This document shows positions 11,663-23,108 of a stretch of DNA of 64,000 bases, piece after piece. The stretch is from Moniliella sp. 'wahieum'. Lineage: Eukaryota. Every line of letters begins with the position of its first letter. Positions within the stretch are counted from its first letter, which is position 1. The stretch lies in assembly GCA_003971905.1 (NCBI GenBank), contig RSEE01000039.1, forward strand, positions 186,001-250,000. The letters are read 5' to 3'. The notes below the pieces were generated by a model, which searched no databases, was not told where the DNA came from, and saw only the letters and a program-made list of their open reading frames with translations. Position numbers and translations under genes: made by a program.

Positions 11663-14600
11663 TCAAAGGGAAATATAGCCGCAATCATCGAAATCATCAA
11701 GGCAAAAGCAAGTTATTAACAAGCTGCCAAGCAAGCAAAAGATCGCAACAACAATCATGGCGAGAGAGGCCAAATCGCACCGAACGTAGAAAATTTGTTG
11801 TGCAGAGGCAAACGCATCCTTGTCGCCAGCCAAGTGCTTCATATCCACACTCATCAGCCCAGGAATTTTGGTCACGCGGAACACTTCAAGGGCAAACACG
11901 ACCAATGCCGAAACTGGATGCGCATCGTATGGGTCGCGCCATCGACACGCCCACACATACGGTTCAGGACAGTGCACCTCGGCCCCCATCTCATCCAAAG
12001 CACGTGTCACGCGCTCTACCAGCTCCGGTAGTGGCAACGAACACAATGCTTCCTCTTTGAGCTTCCCTTCGTGCGCACGTAGCTTGCTCTCCATGGAGCT
12101 GGGTCGTGTCTCTTCGGTCGACACTGTCTGATTGCGTGTCGTGATCGAGCTCGACGGAGCCGGGGAGGAGCCACGAGAAGGGTGATACGGCGAACAAAGA
12201 TGCGTGTGCGGGGAGGAAGTGATGATGCCCCGACCGAGCGAAGCAGTAGCCGCCACGTACTAGCACGAGGTCGGGTGACAATGCTAGGCCCATGGGGGGC
12301 GAGAGAATCGCGATGTATTGTTCCTTCGTCTTCATGGTGATGAACCAGATGCTTGAGCCAGCCGCGGGTGGAGGTGCGAGTAGACTTGGAAGGGCCCTGA
12401 GTGGGTGACTGAGGCAGGTCGGTCCGAGTAGAGAAAGCGGCCGTCGAATGCAAGATGCTGGTTTTCGTACTGTTTTGTTTGCTTCCGGTTACTTGCCCTT
12501 GACCAGTGAGGTCCAGGTGCGAGCCTTGAGGTCAGGATTGTGCGCCGGTGAAGCAAGACCCGAGTTTGAATGTGAGAGCAAGTCAGAACCAGAGGTAACG
12601 ATGGGAGAGTAGGATGGACTGGCTCCTGGGGTGGCCGATTTGGAAGGGTGATGATGCTCATGATGCAAGAGGGGGGAAAAGAGTGCCTTGATGCGACCGA
12701 GGTTCGATCTGCTGCGCGGACGACCCCCCATGGCGGGAAGAGTGGCGCTGCCGTGGCCGAAACCGGGAGGGCTGTGTTGTTGGCTCTCGGTCAAGACCGA
12801 TGGCAGAGTGAAAGATAGGTTGGGCCGTGATACGGCGTCGAGCCGTTTGGGAATCGGACCAAGGATTGTCCGAAGCAGCCACAATCGTTACCGATTTCCC
12901 CCTGTCCTTTCGCTCCGGTGCAACCAAAGCATCGTGAGTTGTGGGATTGTTCGAAACACGAGAAACAAGGATGCGGTCTGGACTCTGTTCATGATGATGG
13001 AGCGAGTGTTGGACTGTTGAGCGGGGGGACGCCTCCTGTACGGGCGACACTCTCGGAGACATGGGCATAGTTAATCATCCCTTCCCGCCCCTTGTGCCCT
13101 TTGATGGACTCCATGATCCAGTCCGAGCTGGAATTGCTGGGGTTCGCGACGTCGTCTCTCGTTCAGAATTGGAGGCGGGGGGTGGGGGGTGGAGATGTAA
13201 CGGAACTCTGACCGGGAGGAGGGGACTGGGGTAGGGGCTTGCTTCCAGTGGGACAAGTTGCCTCGGTCAAGAAGGGCAGAGACCAGCGGTGGGAGGAGCT
13301 GACGGTATCTCGACGCCAACTGTGGACAGGAACAACAGGGTCTGAATTGTGTTCCAACGCATCTTCGACCTTCGGCACCGGTGCGATGCTGCGACGGTGG
13401 GGTGGGGTGAGCTCGGTTTTGATGAGTACATGATCGACCGAGTTAGACCGGCGGGGGTAATGCAGTTTACTGTCACTGCCTGTACTGGACGAAGCGGGAA
13501 GAAAGACGGTGATGCCGCTGAGCTTCGTTCGCCATCGACTGGGAAACAGGGGAAATAGGTTGTTGCGGTGGAGGCAAAAGCGGTGGGGGACCTGGCTGAG
13601 GTGGTATCAGGTGCGGTGATGAGCGCAGTAGCCCAGACGGGGACAACACTACTCGTGCGGCCCCATCAGGGATCACAGAAGATATGTTTCCTTCGGTGAC
13701 AGAAGGAGTAGCAGAGAGTAACGTGGGTGTGCGAACAACGGGAGAAGGATCCAGGTTTGGCAGGCGTGGCCGATTTTGATCGGAGCGAGGTAGAAGAGAA
13801 GTGGGATTGCATCTCGATCGTCCAGCTCAGATAGAGAACCAAAGTGTCCAACACCAGATGCGGAGGAAACGGTCTCTCCAGTCGTGTTGGGCGATGGTGC
13901 GGTAAACGACAATATCGGAGAGGTAGAGGTGCGGCGTTGGTTGAGAGTTTTTGGTCGCCGAAGTTGTCTTGATAGGCGATAGCAAGTGCGAAACCGTGGG
14001 ACTGTGAGCACGGGAGAGAAAGTCTGACGACGAGTTTGCTGGGCCAGGGCTGCTTGTTCGAGCTGGTCGACGGTGAATTTGAATAATCCGCGTAATGGTG
14101 AAGCCAAGAGTGGCTCATGATGGTTTACGGTCAATCGCTTCGGCGGATCTGGCGCGAGCATTGATACCAGAAGACCACGAGGTTCGGCGGGCACATGATC
14201 CGGGAATGAGAGAGAGGTGTGCGCATAATGTACTTGTAAGCTGGTGGATGTTAGATTCATCGGGATTGGTGGGGTCGTCATCAAAAGGCAAATAACCCGA
14301 AAGCATCGCATACCTGAAAAGACATTTTGTCAGTCGGGTTCGGGAAAATGGCAGGAAGACATGCAAATACGCACAAGATAACGCCGCAGGACCACACATC
14401 TACCAGCGGTGCGTCATATGGCTGATCATGAACGACCAGCTCCGGCGCAGCATAGCAAGGTGAGCCACAGGAGGTGTTCATAAATTGCCCTTGGCCAGCA
14501 AGCCGGCAAAGCCAAAGTCGGTAACAAGAATGTTGCGGTGTCGATCAAGGAGCACGTTCTCCAACTTGAGATCACGGTGGACAACGCCCTTGGTATGCAT

Positions 14601-15287
14601 GTACCACACGCCGACACGAGCTGAGCAAAAATGCGGCGCGCTTCCGGCTCACGGAGGTAGCGTTGGGAAAGAATTGCATCGAACAACTCGCCCCCAGCAG
14701 CGTATTCGAGCACGATGCCCATGTACGTTCACTTTGGATCACCTCAAAAAGCCCAACAATGTTGGGATGTGGAGTTTTTTAAGCAAAGTCCGTCTTTTCG
14801 TCACCCTACTCCACTTGGCCTCGTTGGAGGAATCCGTCCGATGTATGAGCTTGACAGCGACCTCACCTCCATGAGGGATACGAACACCAAGCTTGACCTT
14901 ACCAAACTGGCCTTCACCGAGGGTGTGAAGAAGAACATAGGAGCCAAACTGCACATATGGGCGTCGGGATGGCGTTTTATCATAGGACGAGGAAGAAAAG
15001 GTCGATGATAATGATGCAGCGTTGTCGTTGACGGTCGTTGGGAGCATGGCACCTGCGGCAGGCTGACATGAGGGTGCGAGAGGCTGAGCAGTGGATCTGC
15101 GCTCCGAAGTCCCAGAAGCCTGGGAAATATCGATGTATGAAGCGTTCGTGAGGCTGGGCGCGACCGCGCTGACCGAAGCGGACGTGACTGTGGGCATGAG
15201 AGTGACGCCCCGTTGGGTACGCACAGCACCATGGGGGGAGCCCAGATGGTGCATCTCGTGAGCAGTCAAACGTGTGGGCATCGGCAT
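11663..15287 (-). CDS. Kin4-like CAMKL Ser/Thr protein kinase with long disordered linker and C-terminal KA1-like domain
   Basis: [93 protein letters not shown]. Intron 14314-14374. KA1-like [27 protein letters not shown] near 11820-11900. Many frameshifts, 3' end approximate. Confidence 0.9.
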
Positions 15288-16399
15288 AAGCGAGAAAAAA
15301 GAGTGAGGGAGATAACAGAAATTGGTGGGCAGGAGGTGTAAGACTGAGAAGGATGGAGGTGATGATAAAGGAGTGTCGAGAGAAAGCTCCAGTCGTTTTT
15401 GAGAGGCGATGGAAGGCAGAGAGAGAGAGCTCGGGAAAAAAACAAATGAGAGCGTGGTGGCAGTGCGGGCTGGCTTTCTCGGGGAAACAGCAGACTGGAT
15501 GGTGTCAGCCACACGTCCAATGGCCGTGCAATTTAGATATCGGAAGTAGGAAGAAACAGATGCAGTGGGGTTGAGGGTCGAGTGATGGGCGAACGACCGA
15601 GATGCAACAGCTGTGTGCTTTTTTTTCCTTTTTCTTTTGCTCTCTTTTTTTTTCTCTTGTCCTGTGTGCGAAAACGCGCGCGAACACGGTAGCAATGTCG
15701 GGAGTACCGGGGGTAGGTAGCAGTAGAGCCAACGGAGGAAACACCCAGCAATGCTCAGTTCTCCCCAGAGCGAGAGACGCACGGAAGAAATGGTGGAAAG
15801 ACTGAGGACAGCTGCACAAAGATATATATCATTTGAGAACGACTTGATCTTGATGAGGCGTTGCTTGAAGTTTGATGTATGATGCATGTGCATGATGTGC
15901 TCCTCTGTGATCGATGATCTGAGCACACGCGCTCACCGAGCGCTCAGCCTGAGCCTCTTGGGGATGCGGGTCTCTGGTGGGGAAGAACCCTGGCGCTGAA
16001 TAACGAGCAAGGAGCCATAATGTCTGGGAGTTACTGCGGCCTAAAAGGCCTAAGGCCAAGGCCGGAACAGTCGAAATACGAAGCAACCAGTCAGCCTAGG
16101 TACGGCGGGAGGGCCCCAACTTGCTCTCAGTATGTGCCCACACAAAAGTACATCATTCACGACGGCATAATATACTGGCTGGCCTCCGACCCTAGCGTGC
16201 TGTGCTTTTTTGGCTGGAGTGCTCGGCAGAACTCAGTACGTACTCTTCGACCATCCCCTGTCCCCATGCCCCCGGTCTCCGGCCTTCCCCGCCACAATCC
16301 TTCTTCGCCACACAAAGGCAATGGCGGGCAGAGCCAGGCAGAGCGTTCGGTCAGGGGGGCCACCGTCATCGGGTGGGCCGGAGCTAGTCCGTGTCCCTG

Positions 16400-16492
16400 G
16401 ATCATCGATCATCGATCTCAGGCCTCACTGACTAGTGACTTACCCTCAGCGCCTCAGCCCTCAGCCTCACCGGTCACCGGTCACCGGTCACC
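16400..16492. repeat. Mixed period-7 palindrome array
   Basis: ATCGAT-C-ATCGAT, AGGCCT, ACTAGT, (CCTCAGC)x3, then ACCGGT-C-ACCGGT-C-ACCGGT-C-ACC. Confidence 0.9.
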
Positions 16493-16778
16493 ACACCAGT
16501 TAGTACACTCAATTAATCTGTGTGATCGTACACTCATGGTTGCAACTTCCCGTCGGAGATCGGATTATCCGGTGGCTTACATCCTTCAGAACCTGCCGCT
16601 AAGTACGGCAGATGGCCCAAATGCACCCCTAGATCGACTAGATCCACTCGCTCAGAAATGAGTCTCAGTATGCTTAGCGTGTATTACTCAGTAACTCAGT
16701 ACTGGTCTCATCGATCTCAGTACTCTCACTATATAGGGCGTCGTCAAATTTCAAACTACATATATGGTGCCGCCGCCG

Positions 16779-16829
16779 CTTCCGACAACCTCTTCCGACA
16801 ACCTCTTCCGACAACCTCTTCCGACATCT
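16779..16829. repeat. 13-bp tandem repeat, about 3.9 copies
   Basis: CTTCCGACAACCT x3 followed by CTTCCGACATCT. Confidence 0.95.
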
Positions 16830-18515
16830 TGGTGGGGCTTGTGTGGGATTCAAGCGGGGCCCCTGGCTGAGCCCTGGGGCTGGGAAGCAGTCGCTGACAT
16901 GCATGACAGACCCCACAGATTCCTCCGGGAGCGCTGAGCTGCTAAGCCCCCCCGCTCAGCCTCTCAGGCTAAGCCCTCGGTGGGTAATTATATATTGCGG
17001 GTTAGTCCGGCCAGTCCGCGGCTAGTATGTGTGGGGCGTGGCACAACAAGCCTCTAGGATCCTACTCCGCGCATAGCCACCACGCCGGGACGGGTCCAGT
17101 ACGGCCAGTCCGACTGTATATTTAAACGTGATAACGTGGAGAATACTCCTGCGTCTCCCTACGATCTCTATCAACGTTGTTATCAGAACGAATGAGAAAC
17201 ACAGGCCGATATGGCCTATTATATTTTGCCACCGCGCACGCTCGGCGATGCAAAACACAAGGAGAGCAACAGAAAAAACTGTAAAAAATAGTAAATGAGC
17301 ACAGTAGTAGTACTAGTCACAAAGGCAGGGTGAAGACTCTAATCGAAGAGAGGCGATTCACAAGACAACGAGTGAAGGAAGGGAAACAGCAGTGTCATCA
17401 ATTATCCGGAGGGGGCGGTCCCCTGTAAGTGCATCTTCCACGAGAGCATGACACTGTATTACTGTGGTTACCGGTTTATATACTACGAGGAAGTGCTATC
17501 GGATGAAATTGCCAGCGGGCTTCGCAGGCTTCGCCTGCTTCGCTGTGTGTCAAGGGCTATTAGCAAGTGCGATGCGATTTAGGCTGTGGGAATTACAGAA
17601 TAGGCCAAAGAGGCGGAGAGGGGATACAATTAGTCTTCAGGCCTCAATGTCCTCCATAGGCTCAGCATCGTCACCACCCTCCATAGGCTGGGTAGTCTCC
17701 ACACCTTCCATCGGTTCGGCGATCTGAGCGGGGGTGTTGGGCTGCTGCCGCTCGAAGGTGCTGTTGACCTCGTTGATATAAGGTTTATTACTATGTACTA
17801 TCCTATAGCGGCATATATCACAGTGACCTTTCCTATATACTAAAGACCCCGACCAAGCACGATGGCCCACATGATGCATGACCACACTATAGGTAGCTCG
17901 AAGAGCATTATGTGGTGATCCCAACAGCCACATCTCCACGATTCAGCGCGACCAGAGATGGCTCCTCTCATTGTACCGGGTAACCCACCGCAATGCCACG
18001 CAAGCGCAGCGCCGTACGGAGGACCCGTGTATTAACGATCAAATTCGCATAAAAAGTTCCCCCTACACACAGTCCAGCATGCACTAGATTGATCAACAGA
18101 TGTTGGACAGACAGAGACTGCGGACCATTAGGATTACGCGCCAACATGTACAATAGAATACGATTTAGATATGATAAAAGCCCAGTCAGCACGTACAGTC
18201 TTGGGACATTGCACAATGGTGAAGCTGGTAAAGGAGATGTGCAAAGGGCACCAGGGAGAAACGATGGCCGACGGCAAAAGGGCGACCAATGTGGGTAACA
18301 CAGAAACAAAAACAGAAAAAGCATTGATGTGAAAACGAAAAAGGTCCCAGTGTGTGCGACCACACAGACGAAACGAAAAAGAACTCACGTCTCCCATAAA
18401 GAAAGGAAGCGATATCCAATCATCACACCCTGAGGAGGAATACTACTAGGATGAGGAGAGCGCGTCAAGAGGTAACGGAGGTATCGCCAGGAGGCACTTG
18501 CCCGGAAAAATTGGT

Positions 18516-20086
18516 TCAGGACAACAACATTTCCTCTAGTGTCTTTTCGATAAAATGGCCAAAATCACCAAAGCCCAAGTTACCGAAGCCAACACTAGCC
18601 GCCTGGGTTGCGAGGGTTTGTAATCCGGCTGCGGTGTTACCACCAAGAATGTCATCCAGCCCCCAAGTTGCCAGGTTGAGGAGAGACGGGGTGGGCATCC
18701 CACAGGGAACAGGGGTGCGGAAGCGACCGTTGGTCTCCATAACCTCTAGCACAAACTGCATCGCGTTCAAGTCGCCGCCAATGACCAGTTGCGGCGCGGT
18801 GTGGGCGTTGGCCTCATACACATTGAACTGGATCTGCACACCCGGACGGGAGCATTGTTGGTCGACGTAGGCTTGTACTGCATCGTAGCTAATCACATCA
18901 TCGTGGCGGCCTTGGTAGATCATCCGCGGGAATTTGGGGTATCCTACGCCAACAGATGACTTGTTGCTCCACATTGTCTCTCGATTGAGCACGGCGCGCA
19001 CCACCGGGTCGTTGTACGGGTCACCGCTAGGAAGGTTAAGCATCTCCATGTAGGGAACGTTGGCAAAGGCGGGCCCGCGTAGAATGACGTGGCAGACGGG
19101 TGGGGCATAAATGGTAGCCAGGTCGGTGAGCACCCGCTGCTGGGCGTGCTGAGTGATGGTACGGTTGAATTTGGGGTAGGCAGCCATCATGCCATGCATG
19201 CCACCCAGGGTAAAGCCTGAGAAGGAGGTGTTGTCAAAATGACGTAGGGTCAACTCCATGTCGATCGGCGTACCGCCGTGGGTGGCACCCACAATGTTGA
19301 GCTCGGGGGCATACGAAGGCGCCAGATTGGCCGCCCAGCAGGTCACATGTGCGCCTTCTGAGTACCCCGTCATGGCAATTCGGGCATCTGCCGGCCAGTG
19401 CATGTAGTTCTTCACGGCACGCGCCGAATCGAGGATTGCATGGCCTGCTTGGAATCCAGCAAAGAGGGCAGATTTGGGCCCCTCGTAGTCAGGTACCACT
19501 ACACTGATCCCATTGGCCAAGAGGAAGGCCCACCAAACAGGTACATCGTCACCTGTATAAAAATGACACATTGCAAGCAATCTAGTGTTAGAAGTGGAAC
19601 AAGGAAAGAGAGGAGATGAGATACACGGTGTGAAGGGCCAATAACATACCAAGGACCATGATGTTGGGGGCGCTGTTGCCCTTGAGGATGGTGTAGGACG
19701 GTGCACAGTCGCGATTGGTTGAATCCTCCCAAATATGGTACGAAAGCATGCGAGGCTGGGTGCCCGACGCAGGTTCAATTACTGTCGTCACGGTGGCTGA
19801 AGGGTGACCGAGTGTATTGGTGGTCCGGTACAGAATCTGGGTGGTGCGACCAGCGCCTGAGATCTTGTACTGGGCGTCGATAACGCGATGGCGAATAACA
19901 TCCCCGGTCTGTAGAGACTGATGTTGGCAGGACGTAGGTAGAAAGGGTCTGTTCGGGGAGGTGGGATAGCGGAGCTGTTGATGCGACGGAGTAATGCACC
20001 TCGTTCAAGGGCCGGGGGGGCAGCAAGCGCACTGATGACCCGAAAAGGAACGTGCAGGCGAAGAGGACCAGGAGAGACGTCTGCAT
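18516..20086 (-). CDS. Secreted lipase, LIP / Candida antarctica lipase A family
   Basis: Signal peptide MQTSLLVLFACTFLF, PPPRTDPFY, VVPDYEGPKS, GHAILDSARA, nucleophile GYSEG, APSYAPELNIVGATHGGTP, candidate Asp (GRHDDVI) and His (EANAHTA). Intron ~19582-19628 (GTGTAT..CTAAC..TAG). Frameshifts near the 5' end. Confidence 0.93.
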
Positions 20087-21378
20087 AATTTAGTGATGAA
20101 GCGAAGGCTGGAATATGCACAAGTTGAAGGGCGTAGGGAGAGTTAGCGGGGACAGGGAGATGGCCAATGTGGATGAGAGAGGGTAAGGAGGAAAGGAGCT
20201 GGTTCGAGGACTGAATATGTGGAGAGATGAAGAGAGCGACGGAGGCGTTTTGGTGGTTGCTGGCGTCGTCAGAGCCGTTGTCTCGGCAGAGGGGCAGGAC
20301 GGGGCATAAACTCTCACATGCGAATCCTGGGGGTCGCGGGGAGAGAGGAGGAGGTTAAGGCCGGCCATGCCGGGACTCGGAAAGGCACGGCACGGACACT
20401 TGCTCGTATCAGCCCCTATGTACACTATGGCTCTTGCCGTTCGGCGAGCAGAAATTCAGTGCAAGTGTACCAAAATTTGCCGGCACCCGTCGCAGCATCA
20501 GGCCGCAGCAGCAGCCGTATAGCCTGCCAGCGTGATATGTGCCGACTCGATCCCACACACTTACTGCTCATTAGATCACCTTTGTCGCCCAAACCAAAGT
20601 TAGGCTGCGTGCACGGTGCCTGCTAGTACCATTCCCCCCGCTGGGTTGGGCCGGTACCAGCATGGCCGGTGTATATCAGCAGAGTGATCTGCAGGCATGC
20701 TATAGGAACCCTCGGGCCTGAGCCTCAGGGACAAACATCAAATATCAAAAGTGCACACCCCTGTTGGTCTGTGCAAGCTGCAAGCTTCGCCCCAGGGCTT
20801 CTGGTCGCCACTTGCTACATATGTCAGCAGCAGACCTCCCATCTCCGGATAGGGTGTGGCTAGCCTCAAGCTCGGAGCCGGAGTTAGAGCGACTGTTACA
20901 GCACCGTGATGCACTCTGCCCGTAGCCATCTCTGTATGGACTGCCAGGCCTCAGGTACGTTGAGAGGGATTTTTGCGTACGATTGTCGCAAAACGTGGCA
21001 ATGTGGCAATGGGGATATGGTCATTAATCTGGTCGTTGCTCTGATCTCCCGCCTGGTCTTTTGGCGTTCGACATGGTGGGATGCAAATGACCAGTTTATC
21101 TTGGATTGATCTACGTTGAACGGCTGCTTGCACGTGTCCATAGGGGCTCAGCCTGAGCGCGCTGACGGTGGTGAATTAGTGACTTTAGACCAGCTGCCAA
21201 AACATGGTCCTCGTTGGATGCACGATTTCACATTTCATTCCAGCTTCTGGCGTCGTAGATTTCAAATGCCAGACAGACTGAGACAGGGAGGATCAGATGC
21301 ATCGGCTTCGATCTCCATCGGTGCTGGCCCTGCGGTGGCTTGGGAGAGCCTTGGCTTCCATGCCCGTTGCTGTCCACC

Positions 21379-23016
21379 ATGGCCACTGCCGCTGTTGGGA
21401 CGGAAACCATGGCCACGCCTACGCCAAAGCAGCTACGGGTGCTGACGCTCAACGTCTGGGGCCTTCCTGAGCCCTTGTCCAAGCAGAAGCGCACCCGCTT
21501 GCGTGCCATCGCAGAGGCCCTGGCCGAGAGCGAGTACGACCTGGTTGGCCTGCAGGAGTTGTGGGTGTCGCAGGTGGACTATGTGGGGCTGCAGTCTGTA
21601 CTCGCCGCCCGCTTCCCCTACAGCAAGTTCTTCTATGGCGGTGCATGGGGCATGGGGCTCGCTCTTTTTAGTCGCTTCCCCATCGTACGCACTCGCTCCA
21701 TTACCTACGATTACAATGGCCTCCCGCTGCTGTCGCCAAGGGGGACTGGATTGTCGGAAAGGGCGCCGGCTGCGACCGTCGCAGTCCCTGGTTTGCCATT
21801 GGGCCTTGACGTTTGGATCACTCACACGGTTGCTGCGGGCGGGGAGGATGGGCCAGAGTGGACCAGATCGGCGCGGATCACCCAAACGTGGCAACTGGCC
21901 CAATGGGCCCGGGACAGCGCCGAACAAGGCCGCCATGTTCTCGTCGTACGTTCACCCCTTTTGCTCTCGTCTCAGATTGTGTCCCAGGTCTCTACTCTGT
22001 TTTCCACCCTGCAGATGGGCGATTTCAACTGCACTCCACCCTCGCTTTCAGCTCGCCTCTTGCGCCACGTCGGTGGCCTGACCGACATGTACCTCGACCT
22101 CCATCCGATCTGCCCGAGCTGGCTGTCACGCTGTCTCCTCCCGATGGCCAAACATCCCGAGCTCTACCTGATCCGGCTCGTGGGGTGGCCGAGCTAGGCG
22201 TCACCTGCGATTCCCCGCTCAACTCGTGGACGGCCGGTAAGACCCTGGACCCTCGAGCCTTGGCCGGGGCTGGGAAACGGCTAGATTACATCTACTTTAC
22301 TCCACCTCGTTTAGGGGGTGATGTTTGGTCTCGGCCCTCGTCGCCTAGCTTGCTGACTCCGCTGGCGTGTAATGTGGCATTTACGGAGCCCATCCCCCTT
22401 CTCAACCAAAACGTCTCGGACCACTTTGGTGTCGAGGCCCTCTTTGCCATTTCAGCTCCTGATGAGGGGACCAGCGGAGGTCGGATCGGCGGGACGCACG
22501 ATCATACCGCGGGGGCTATCGAGTGCCTGAACTTGTCTGTTGCTGCTTTGGTACGCGGTCTACAGCAGACAGAGAAGAACCAGCGGTTCTGGCTCTTGGG
22601 ATTTGTTGCTGCCCTCGGCTTGGCTTTGATATTGTGCCTCGCCTCGTGGAATCCGCCAAAAGGCATGGGCTTCATTGTCACCTTCTTGGCCGTTGCCACG
22701 GGGTTTGCCGGGACTACCCTTTTGTACACTGGCCTCATCTGGGGCGAGTGGGAAAAACGTGGTTCTTTCCAAAACGGAAGTGCAAACCAGACTGACTCTT
22801 TTTTCGCATGGCATCTCAGGCATTTACCGGACCATGCTCGAGTCGATGCGGGAGGAACTGCGCATCCGACAAGAGGGTCATGGGACGACGCGCGAGCGCG
22901 GAGCTGGCAGCGCAAGCCCTTACCGGGATGACGAGCACAGTAACCCCACTCCCGACGGGGTCTCCTTGGACACAATGGCCACCGCTGCGCCTCCGACTAC
23001 TACGACGTCGTTATGA
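21379..23016 (+). CDS. ISC1: Inositol phosphosphingolipid phospholipase C / neutral sphingomyelinase (EEP fold, two C-terminal TM helices)
   Basis: LRVLTLNVWGL, DLVGLQELW, GLALFSRFPI, MGDFN, TCDSPLNSW, GKRLDYIYF, SDHFGVEA, two hydrophobic segments before WGEWEK. Introns 21946-22014 and ~22759-22820. Confidence 0.93.
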
Positions 23017-23108
23017 TCCCAGGCTCTATTCTAACCCGCCATATGACGAGGGAGTGGTTCTTTGCGCTCATCGATACGCGATGGGATCAAAACAGAAATT
23101 CAGATTGT

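Noticed and set aside
15288..15926. N-terminal 210 codons of ORF 14739..15926
   Set aside because: Poly-A/pyrimidine tracts typical of promoter or 5' UTR; the kinase more plausibly starts at 15287.
16400..16492. Runs of restriction sites (ClaI, StuI, SpeI, AgeI etc.) as polylinker or vector contamination
   Set aside because: Scattered over many intergenic regions, repeated, degenerate and nearly all A..T-bounded; no vector genes nearby.
16779..16829. CRISPR-like array
   Set aside because: 13-bp head-to-tail units with no spacers, in a eukaryotic context with no cas genes.
19355..19372. Lipase nucleophile GYSEG instead of the usual GYSGG as a sign of inactivity
   Set aside because: Still fits GxSxG, and candidate catalytic Asp and His are present.
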